A stretch of 64,000 nucleotides of DNA, taken from positions 62,001 to 126,000 of the forward strand of contig JAQGDQ010000533.1 of NCBI GenBank assembly GCA_030141605.1, read 5' to 3'. This DNA is from Tubiluchus corallicola. Taxonomy: Eukaryota > Animalia > Priapulida. Position numbers and translations under genes: made by a program. Under the pieces are notes generated by a model. It made no database searches. It saw only the letters and a list, made by a program, of their open reading frames with translations, and was not told where the DNA came from. Below are positions 23,443-35,400 of this stretch, in pieces. Each line of letters opens with the position of its first letter. Positions within the stretch are counted from its first letter, which is position 1.

Positions 23443-26400
23443 TGGAGATAAAGGAAAAGGTGATTTTTTTAAAATAAATGACTAGCCGCATAACAATTAG
23501 TTTCACAATTTTTTGCAGCGCCGGGAATTAGGAATGCGCACGAGTAATCGATTATTCGAAGTTTTGAATGTTTTTTGCTATTGGAATAATTAACTACTAT
23601 TCGTTGTTTTCCATTATCCTATGTACACTGGATTGATCACATGCCGGTTCAACCTGCTTATTTCACAGGCAAAAATCTTGAGGCATAATTTTCGCTGTAA
23701 AATAATCTGACGTCTTTGGCTTTATGTGTGCAGAAAAACAACCATTCCACTGTCAGCTCAACACACTGGGCAATTCACTGGAAAGTTGGATATACTGCCC
23801 GTACTTAGCTGTACTTATGGCATCAAAGAGCTTAGTGCTTGGCATGGGACAATTTTGAAAAAGTTAATTCAAACACCATAGAATGTTCATCATGTTAAAA
23901 CAAACTATGTTATCAAAAATTAACAAATAGTAGTTACCACAGTGTATTTTTGTTTATCTACTTCAAAATGTGTGTTCTACCACGATGGGTGCAGAAGGAA
24001 AATATTCGATGATTTGAATAATTTTTCTTCAGATATTTGAATACTAAATTGTTCAAATTTCTTACCCCTCTGCCCCGTCAGTGATGTCATGCAGCCTAAA
24101 GTTAACAATTATGTCTTGATGCTAACTGAATTGGAATTTACAAAAAAAATTCATTTACAGAGAAAAAATTTAATAAAGGAAAGAAGAAAGATGGAAACAG
24201 TAGCTACTACAGAGAGTCCGTCAAGCCGACTGACGTGTCATACGGCAGTGGGAGGAAACCTGCTCTACAGAAGAGCCGGGAAGGCTATGATAAGCGGCCC
24301 CGCGCTCGTGGTAATTTTGAAAGAGATGGTCCAAATGCAAAGGGAAGAAGTGAGGTGGGTGGACACTGACCAGTTTGGTACAAATAATTCATAAGATTAA
24401 TGTGCAAAATAGTTCACAATTCCGTTAAATTTTTTTTCAAGCACTTATACAGTTACAGTTTACTTTTTTACAGTTACAGGTAGCTATTTCTTTTGTACAG
24501 GTGTGTTTATTCTTTACTTTGGTTTCTTTGTAAATAGATAATTAGTGCTTAATTTTCTATACTCTGCATATTGAACTGGTTGTTATTTGTATAGTGTACC
24601 ACTGGTGATGACAGCTGATTGCTGTCGAAACATTTGGGCATGTTTTTAAACAGTTGTAAATTAACGTTTTTGATACAAAGTTGTGTTATTTTAATAATGA
24701 ATGCTTTGAAGTGCCTGGCAACTCGCAATTTGGCAGCGTACGTGCTAGTGTAAGGCAAAGAGCAAAAAAGCCAGGTTGGTGCCAGCATTGTTTTTTTTTT
24801 TAATTCATGTTATGCGAATCTAATTTGATTCGCAGTAGTAATGGGCATTGGAGCAAATGGATTTGCGGGCTCTCGTCGTATAAAGACACCTATGATTAAT
24901 TATGTTTATGTTCACTAGTCATTATTGATTATGTTTTACAGTTCAAAGGCTTCAAAATTCAAAAATAAACGTATAGACACAATTAACGTCATATAGGCCT
25001 GTATTCTTCTCTGAAAATCCCCGCACGCGCGTGCGTGTGTGGATGTTTGGAATGCAAGAGTACGTAATTGCACACTGGATTTCTAATTTGTAAATAAATG
25101 CACTTCCAATGCTGGGAACTTAAAAGGCAAGCAGGGGAGATGTTGGCTAAATAGATCACCAGTAAGTAGTTGTTCTGCTTATTGGCATGCCCCCACTTCA
25201 TTTCACTTTGTTTTTCAGGTAGCGAAGGAGTATCAGCAGGTAGAGTTCAGCTCTGTGCAACAAGGAAGCAAAAAGCACAATCTGAACCATCTGCTGAATT
25301 TCACGATAGCGCCGCGAGATGGCAGCGATTACGATAACGGTAGCCGCGGTGGGCGTGGTCGAAGAGGTGGAGCTGGATATCGTGGTGGCAGACAGAAGTG
25401 GGGGCCACCTCGCATTAAATACAACAAAGAACAGTTTCTGCAGGCAAAGTGAGTGACTAAAATGGGCAGTGTAAGAAGAGGTGTAAGAAGAGAAGGCATA
25501 GAGAGAAGAAACGTGGAAGAAAATAGTTACCTAATTTGATAAAATGAAAATGCAATTTAAGAACATTCCAATTTTTAAACATAATATTATTACATCAGTA
25601 AAACAATATATATGTATATGTGCTTGGTATTATAGTTCACTAGCTTTTGACTGTGAAAGTTACAAGTTTATAGTTTTTAGTGGTTTTTAAGTTATGGTCG
25701 TAACTTAAAACGTAATGTAAACACGTAAAACTTTTGCTTGTTAAAATTTAAATGCCTGAACAAAATCAGCTAATCGTCAACTGAAAAACAGCCACGTTGA
25801 TGTATAAAGCACTCAATAGATTGCAGCATTACAATAAAGAAATCAATCAGTTTACATCGTGGTCTTCACAACAAAAAATAAACATTTGTGCCAAGAAAAA
25901 ATGTGACCTAATTTTCTTGGTCACTATATCTGGAATTTCCTTAAAAAGAAAGCGTACAACAGCCGTTTGATGCGGAGAGGAACTAAAGGTAAAAGTTGGT
26001 GACAGCTGGGACCAAATACTCTTTAAAGAAGTGAGAAACTGTCAGCTGTTGGAAGAAATGCCTTCGTCTAGTTTGCAGTGAAAATGGTGGACATGTAGAG
26101 CACTTGCTGTGATTTTTAATAATAAATAAGGCATAATTTTTTCAATTATTTATTTTATTGATTTGTCATTTTAAAACTTCTCTGTCTTTGGAAAAATCTA
26201 AGAGAATGACCGTAAATTTTTAGAATTTGTACATAAACGTTTGTAACATCAATGGGGTGATTTTCAAATGACTCCGTTGTTTTCTTGTTGTGATCAAAAT
26301 CCTGCACTTTTTTTGCACCACCTGGTATGTGCAACCTTAATCAATTTTTTAATGAATTGCAGAACGTTTGACATTGAGTTTCTATTTCTAGATAAGTGTT

Positions 26401-29400
26401 TAGTGATTTCCCCTTTTTTACAACATGATTTTACTGAAATGTTACGTTTCCTTCGCCATAATTGTTCTAATATTTCATCAATGGATATCTTTATCATGGA
26501 TTTCTGATAATTTTTTGTCTCTTGATTCTAGTTGTCAGTTTTTGGTTCGCGACACGGACGAGTACGTAGTTCACGCTGGAAACCCCGATGTTCTGGTCGA
26601 CTGGGACTTAATTGAACAGATACGGATATTTGGACACGAGGTGCCATCTTGCCCCATCTGCCTTTATCCTCCCACTGCCGGTATATCCATTATTTTGTAG
26701 AAGTTTTTGATAAACTTAGTATTGTGCAATTTGCTTATATAGAGGACCTTTTTAAAAGATCTTATGTAAATTGCATTTGTTATAAATCCACGATTTATTT
26801 AATTTAAAATACTTAGTGTTGTCTTGCCACGTAGGAGCTTTTCCAAACGTTGAACACACTGGACAATTCCGGTACAAATTTAAAATGTTTCACCAATTCT
26901 GGTAAAGCGTTATTGTATCACCATCCCAGTGTGCACCACTGATTCACCAAAAAGCACATTATTGATTTTTTTGACAATGTAATGTAATTTTAACTTTTGC
27001 TTAGTTAGTAAAGCGTGTGCTATGAATGCTCTGATTATTTTTCGCAATCTTATCTAAACTTGTTTCAAACGACTTACCATCAAAATGGCTGCACTTGACA
27101 GTTAAATTTACAAGTTTTATACAGCATTGCTGCTAACGCAAGCTCTAAACACAATAAGACAGCATGTAGGTGATGCAAAATTTTAAGACAATTTACAAGT
27201 TTAATACGGCGTTACTGCTTATGCAAGCTCTAAACACAATAAGACAGCATGTAGGTGATGCAAAATTTTAAGACAATTTACAAGTTTTATACGGTGTTGC
27301 TGCTTACGCAAGCTCTGAACGCAATAAGACAGCATGTAACTGATACAAAATTTTAAGACAAATTTTTAAGCTTTATTTATGAAGAGTGCTTTTTTGTCCT
27401 TTAAATATTAATGTTACTCAATGAACTGCCTATCCTTTCCTAACTAGTTACTTTATTTCAACACCTATTTATTTCTAGCAAAAATGTTCTCATTTATCTC
27501 TTTGTCTCTGTTACAGCAAAGATGACCCGATGTGGTCACGTCTACTGTTGGTCCTGTATACTCCACTATCTCTCGCTCACTGATAAAACCTGGCGCAAGT
27601 GTCCGATATGTCACGAAGCCATCCACCAACCGGACTTGAAGAGGTACGTTGACCGCAGCTGATGTTTTGACTAGGTTAGAAATGGGTTGTTTTTGTGGTT
27701 GTACTTAATTTCTCTTATCATTTTGCTTGTTTCTGAGAAATCCGAGTCTCAATTATTCGATCAAAACAACGGCATTGTTGATAACAGCATAACACTCCTT
27801 TATTAGTGCACTTTCACAAACCAGCTAGAAATATATGTTAAATTATAAACTAATGAACGCTACTGTATTAGTACCAGACTACAAATAAACATAGCATCAA
27901 TAAGTCATTTCGTAGTTCCGTTGCTGTATGTCAAGGGTTAATAGTAGTAGCTTGTGGAAGCAGTCATTTTGTTTTGGGGTTTTTCTGTTGACAAGCCCAA
28001 ATTTTTGTCAGGAAGAGCCATCTACTGGATTTAAACATAACTTCAATCTGCTCTTGCAAAGTCCGTAGCAACCACACTCTCCTACGGTTGCTAAGTGTAC
28101 AGCAATTTTCTCAAGGTTATGTTTTTTACTGCGTAGCCTGCACTGAGCTTCGACGTGGATTATAGCAACTTAGAAATAACATAGAGCGATGAACTTGGTA
28201 TCAAAATGATCCTCATGAAATAGAGATTCAGGGTCTGTGCATAACTAGGAAACGTTAATTGTCGATTTATGGACGATTTTGCTATGCAAGCACACATTTA
28301 ATGATGGCTCGCTTTTGGTACAACCTGTTTTCAAACTCACTGTGGTTCACGAATGATCTGGCATGTAGCCCTTATTATTGGAACTTAGTGCCTTACTAAC
28401 TAAGAACGTGCACTAAGTTGAGTCTTTTAAATCTAACTTAAAAACTTACTTGTTCTTAAAAACTTTTTGTGCTTCGTAAAGACTATTTTAAATCATCTTC
28501 ATAATTTCAAAGTTTTAATTGTGTAAATCGCGATTTGAATACTTACGTGTTTGACACGTTTGCAGGCTTCTTAGAGATTTTCTAGCCTCATAATGCAAGT
28601 TTGTTTTTATATTTTAATCTAAATTGAAATCTCATTGGTTTTAATGTTTTTATTTTCTTGACGTATTTTGGACCCACTTTATACATTTTATAATTTTACA
28701 TAAATATGTTGTCTTAGTGGTATGTGATGTTAGAATTGTAACAAGGGCAAAGCGTGTCAGAACATATAGATATGGATAGAAACGTAAAATAAACTTGAGG
28801 TTTTGGTGATAAATTGTTTTTTAAATCACTTTGAATAAAGCTGAAATCTTCGCTGTTGTTGTTAAATTTATTCATTATTAGTTACTGTGTGGTGTTGTGG
28901 TTTTTTTATTCCCTAATCAATGAGACTGAAATATATATTTTGCCCTTACCTAAACGCTGAGCTTTGAGATTCTGTTAGAGTAGTTAGAAAGAATATGAGC
29001 ATTTGATTTAGTGTGTAAATAAAACTTCATAAAGTTTGAGAAAATAATCAGAGCATTCGTAGTACACACTTCACTTACTAAGCAAAACTATAATTTAATG
29101 TATCTTGTCAATAAGAGTAATAATGTGTTTTTGGTGAGTCAGTGATGCAAACTGGGAAAGGGGTCAGCGATATTTTACCAGGTGGCACAAACATTTTAAA
29201 TTATTAAGAATTTTCTTTTCCAATTAAACAAGTCCTTCAAACAGGTAAGCGTAATGCTAAGTAATATAACTTTTTATGGAAAGTTTTTTTCGGATGTACA
29301 TCAGAATTTTCCTTCTGCTGCTCTTTAATAATTTAAATATTTGTCTCTAGCGTTGTTGCTATGCAAACGACTAAGTTTACTCTTGGAGGGGAAATAACAC

Positions 29401-32400
29401 TAAAACTGATGAGAAGAGAAAGAGGTTCCGTTGTTGCCATGCCGGTATCACAATGGAGGGAGACGGAAGGGAAGCTATTTGGCATTGGAGGTAAGTTCTT
29501 GGGATGCCCTCGTGACTTGTTAATGATTGTGTTGTTTGATTCTTTAATTATAAAAGCTAACAGGCTTAATAATTGTGGGCAAGCTTTAATGCGGTGCTTG
29601 TTCTCCTCCCCCCCCCCATTTCTTGGCCCACAAAGTGTATTTTGTATATTGAAATACTTTATGAAATTAGCTATGATAAAAAATGCTTCCGCATGTTTGT
29701 TTTTTTCTTCTCAGATCAAGTTGACACTCAGTTCATGAAGCTGCTTGCCATCTCGCAGCAGGAGGTACTTGACACGATAATCAACATGGAGAGGACAGCA
29801 TTAGAGACGCAGTATGAGTTGGAGAAAGATTGTCCCGAGTCGTGTTTTATACAGCAAGCTTTAGACTTGCTGAACGAAAGAGCAGCCGTTGTACCCAAAG
29901 CCAAAAAGAAATTACCTTTCTTGCCAGTAGGAATGTCTCTTGATGATCTAGGAAAGGAGGAGGAAGGGCCTGATGATGTAATAACCAGCACACAGATGGC
30001 AGCAGAGTCGCAGGTAAGAATTTTATACTGTATGTTTTTCGTAGTTTGCATAGCAGTGGTGATTTTGGGATAACAACATAGCATCTGTGTATTGGTAAGA
30101 TTAATGGGGCATAAAAAGTATAAAAATTTAGCCCATATCAAAGGACTATCAATCTTGTATTAGTTAAGACTACGAATGTGTTTGGAGGTATTTCCATCTC
30201 GTTGTGAGACTTAGGGACTAGTCGTTTGTCAGTTACTGCAATGAACGCTGTACCTTGCTTGAAACATTAGCAAAAAATCCTGGCATAGATGTTTAGTCTG
30301 TTTGTTTGTATGTTTTTCAGCCCAACATTGTTTACTCGTCAGCATTTGACGACGAGATCGTTTCAGCCGAAGAGACCCCTGCTGTGTCCTTCAGTATTGG
30401 CGATGATCGAGAACGCGTCTCGGTGCCACCTGGTGGTGATGAGGGAAACGATGCAGTTGCAGCAGAGGAACAGAATCAAGGGAAATGCAATGATGATCCT
30501 CCGGTGCCGGAAGAATTTGACTGTCAGCTTCAGCAGGATGTAATCCCGATCCACGTCTCTACGGAGGAGATACCCGTGGTGCCCTCTGCTCTCTGCCTGG
30601 GAGCGCTCGCTGGTGGCGACACAGAAGACCAAGAAGCACTGGCAATGGAGACAAGTGGACGTGATCCGATGATTCAAACCGGACGCGAAGCACCAAGACA
30701 CAGTAGATTGCCAAAAGACACATTCTACTTCTACCAGGGTGAGTTTTTAATGTTTGTGTACTAAATTTTGTTTGTTTTGCTGAGACTGTATGTCTGTTTG
30801 TTCTTCCTGCATTTTTCTGCATCTTTGGTAAGTTGTTATTTGTAAAAGTTTCAGCATGTTGCAAAGTAACATCTACTTACGTTTTTGAATTTAGCGGCCG
30901 ACGGTCAGCACGTTTACATTCACCCGCTCAACGTCAGATGTCTGGTGAAGGAGTACGGCAGTCTCGAGTTCGGTCCGGAGGTTTTGACGGCTAAAGTAGT
31001 CGAATTAGATGGATTTTCAATGACCGAGGCAAGTTTTTGTCTGTTATGTTAGTAAGAAATGAATTTGTAAATTGTTTAGTTTGTAAGTCAGACGTATGGG
31101 CATACAGACACTTGTTTGTACGCATGAAATTTTTAACCTGAGAAAATCCATCAAAGCAAAAATGTGCTGTATTTAACTCTCTCACATTTTATTACTAAGT
31201 GTTGAAGAAATCAAAATCAAAATTTGTAATGAAGTAATTTAAACTTTGCACTGAACGCTGAATATCTGGCTGAATTTATTGACTAGTTTAGACGAGCTTT
31301 AAATTTAAACTAAACTATGACAAAATGTTGAGTCTCCATGCTAACATACGTGCATTACTTTATGATGCATAATGGTTGTAAAAAACATAGCTGTGGTTAC
31401 CGTGACAACAGGTGAATAGTGTCCAGAGTCTAGACGGGATGGGCCACAGCAGAAATCATATTACAAGTGTTTATTTCTAATGGGAGTTTCGTAATAAGGA
31501 ATTTTGTAGAAACCGTACGTGATTACATGGGTTTCATAATAACCTTGGCAGGGGCATAATAAAATTGTCGTACTACCGAGAGTTTCTTTACAAGCCGAAT
31601 CGGATTACTGGGATTCGATTGTATAAGCTGGCCTGTACTTGGCAGCATCGTAAGTTTGCTCTTTATTATCATTTAGGAAGTACGGAACCGCGTGAAATAC
31701 CTCCAGCATCTTCCGTTGACCTGCGAGTTTCAACTTGTCGAAGTTGAGCTGAAACCACCCATAATCAGTCGCAGGACCCTAGACTTCTTCCGAGATGAAA
31801 TCCAGAAGCGTAAGCAGCAGCGGCAGAGAAAGGTATGGTGGTAGTTTATTATTTATCACGAAGTATAAGATGAGACAATCTGGGGTTCTTTTCACAGAGA
31901 TCTCGTTAAGGTTATGTTTTCATTAACGAGCTCATTAATGTGATGCGTTTCACAAAGACTTCACTATTTTATTGAGCTCGTTAATTTAGTGAAAATATTA
32001 ACATGTAGCACGTCAGTGATATTGTCTTAATGGGCTCTTTGTAAAATTTGTCATTAGTGATTGTTGGTAACATTGTGCTTTTAATGAAGTGACTTTCAGT
32101 AACTCCGAATTTTGTTTGAAAAGCAAAGCTGTTGTTATTTTTGCTATTCTGCGGCTGTTTTGTTTTAATTTTGTTGCTGGCCAGACTCGCCAATATTACA
32201 TACTCGCGTCTTGTGGGTCAGGTTGCCATGTTAAGAGTCTGTCGTAGTAAGCCTTTATACAGTTCCACTGATTGATGACGATCGTAAAAAGGTCAAAGGT
32301 TAAGTAGTATACGAGAAAACGCATTTGTGTACACTTGACAGTGCCTCGCAGCTCGTGCTATTGTAATAGTAACAGTTTTAGCAGCTAGTTAAAACCTTAC

Positions 32401-35400
32401 CTAGTTTATTTTTTCTTGTTCCCAAGCAAGATCCTGCTAGTAAATCACTATGCATAGACTAATGCATAATTAAGTAAAGTCCACGTAAAACAACTGAAGG
32501 TTTTGAACTGACATTGCAAACGGCTTTGCTTTACCCACATGTCACGTGACAGTTGTAGTTAAGACTCGTTGCTGTGGCGCCCTTAACCTTTAACGAAACT
32601 GTGAAAAGGCTTATTAAATACAACATTGTCATAGTTGTTCACGTAGTAAAAAGCATTGATTGTCACTAATTTTAGGCCAGAGATGAGCATCGTTGGGAGA
32701 AACAAGTGCGTTCAAGAGAAGACTTGAAAAGAGGGCAGTATCCTACCTCAACACTGACTTTGGAGAGCCGCCGGGAGTTTCCCGAGTACAATGCTGTTAC
32801 TTCCGATCTTAGTCCTCCGTTAACGAACCAGACAAAGGAAGAATCCGGTAATAACACTGTTGCTGATAAAGTAGTTTGTTAGCTAAATAATATTGTGGTA
32901 CGTAAGATGCAATATTTGCGATTGGTAATTTGGCAGGATTCTCCGCTTTTTTCTTTTGCTCAGTCTTCTTTCTGCATGAAAGCTTATTGTTTCAATTTGA
33001 TGTCTAGGTCTTATATACTGAAGATTTTAATAATAGGTTGTTTGCAGTGTCATTGTCTATAGGATGCGGTAGCCTTGTTTAACGAGTAAGGTAATGGTAG
33101 AATGCACGTTTAATGCGGGCCGCGTGCTTTAATGAGCACTACTAATAATAATAGTAATAACAACACCAACAATAATAATAACAATAATAATAATTTATTA
33201 GTAGAGCTCAGAGCCGTGTGTATAAGAACACGGATTGTTTAAGAAATTGTCTCCGCAATTTCGCAGTTAACTAACAATTTATCATTTAGTTAGTTAACAA
33301 AAATTCGTAGCTTTAGCTGATTTACTGTGTGAATCAGCTGATGAAGTAGCAACTGACTCAGCTTCAGCTGAGCTAGCTGATTTGCTGTGTGAATCAGCTG
33401 ATGAAGTAGCAACTGACTCAGCTTCAGCTGAGCTAGCTGATTTACTGTGTGAATCAGCTGATGAAGTAGCAACTGATTCAGCTTCAGCCGAGCTAGCTGA
33501 TTTACTGTGTGAATCAGCTGATGAAGTAGCAACTGACTAAGCTTCAGTCGAGCTAGCTGATTTACTGTGTGAATCAGCTGATGAAGTAGCAACTGACTCA
33601 GATTCAGCCGAGCTAGCTGATTTACTGTGTGAGTCAGCTGATGTAGTAGCAACTAACTCAGATTCAGCCGAGCTAGCTGATTTACTGTGTGAGTCAGCTG
33701 ATGTAGTAGCAACTGACTCAGCTTCGGCCGAGCTAACTGATTTACCATGTGAGTCAGCTGATGTAGTAGCAACTAACTCAGCTTCAGCCTCTATTTATTA
33801 GATATTTTATAATTCATTAACATTAAAATAATCACGCATTTTTCGTGCACAAATGTTTTCAAAGTAGGCTTAAGTATACACATGACCCAATGATCAATTC
33901 GAAATTAAAATCAATAAACACGTAATCTACAGATACGTATGGATTAGTAAACAGATTAAAGAAAATACCGTAAGCTAACACATTACCTATAAACTAGCGA
34001 AAATTAATAGGCCCGTATACACTCAATTAACCTAAGCAGATTAAGCTAAAATTGTAATACATATTTGTATAAATCATTAAAAACAACTGCTTTTTGTCCA
34101 CGTTAAATTTTTAATTAATTAAAATGGCTTCTTTGTCAAGATAAGATTTAAGAAAAGATTTGAAGTTTTCAACAGTCAGTATTATCGCGCATGAATTGGT
34201 AAACCGTTTATAAGAATCATTTTCATCTAACCTGTCCTCAGACTCCTCTTTTGATAGATTTTTCGCTTCTGATGATGATTTGTATTAGTCCAGTGTAAGA
34301 ACGTCAGTAATGCTCCGTATTATTTATAGATTTAGAAGCTGGTGCTGACATTGGATCACCATCGAACGTTGCAGGCGGTTCATCGTGTCCACCGTCATTT
34401 GCGCAGGTACGTGCTTCGTGCGGGAAGAAGCTGTTTGTCAAACAGGGATGAGGCTGTTGAGTCTGAGTCGTCAATTTAGAATCTTCACGTGATGCTTGAG
34501 AGTTTTTGAATTTTTCTCATTGTAGCCACCATTTGATTCTAACATGATTTTCTATTTCCTTTGAGTTACTTAGTGCCTGTTTGCTGCAGGAAAAATAAAA
34601 ATCTAGCAGCAGTTTCACTTAGTTGTCGTTTGATTAACTTATTTTCTTGTTAAAGGAAAACAAGATGATTTATCACGCCTACCCCATTTTGAAGTATGGT
34701 GAAAAGGTATACATCTTAAGACCTTTAATAATGCAAAACCATTTCTGGTAACTAAATAATAGATTGAAACATGATTAACTGCAGGCGAGCCCAAATGGTG
34801 TTGACATCGCAACTGAGCATAAGTTTAAACAGTACAAATATTCCACGAGTGTGTTGCACTTGTTCGTAAAAGCGAAAATTGAAGTACAGTGCTGCTGTAA
34901 GATATTCAGTGTAATATGCAAAACTGGGCATATTTAACTTTTAAAATTCAAATCTTAAGTTTGCCACCGTGTTCACGCATGAGCTCTTGAATGTGTGCAC
35001 AATGTCACAAGTGAACACCTCTGAACTGCCCATTCAACTATGTAACGGGGAACTAGCTGCAGGAACACGAAATTATGCTTCTTGGGTAATAATTCTTTCA
35101 CATAGGTCATTCTTGAAAAAAGCATGTGTTCAATATTTTATGGGGTTGATTGTTTTGAGCCGTAGTTTAAGATGTGTCCGCTTTTCCTTTAAAGGACAAT
35201 TTAGAGAAGTTTATACTTACTGTGTAGAATTAAAGGACAAGAAAAGGGGTACCTGAAGTAGGCTTCAGAAAACTCGCCTTAAAAAACTATATTCCTTTAC
35301 TTAGTTAGCAACATGTGTGCTACGCATGCTCTCATTACTTACATGCAGGCAGTTTGTAAGTGGTATAAAATTTCGAGACGAATTTTTTAAGCTTTATGTA

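Noticed and set aside
24089-24394. 101-aa ORF over RNF10 exon 2 as a dual-coding frame
   Set aside because: The true frame is fixed by splice phase and homology; the alternative frame hits TAG immediately after splicing to exon 3.
29728-30864. Antisense ORFs over RNF10 exons
   Set aside because: Shadow frames of coding exons with no recognisable motifs.
33290-33652. 120-aa repetitive ORF ([14 protein letters not shown]...)
   Set aside because: By-product of a 60-bp repeat, antisense in an intron, with a non-ATG start and no splice support.
34242-34329. Alternative upstream acceptor extending RNF10 exon 12
   Set aside because: In-frame TAG before the exon; it would only give a truncated product and has no support.
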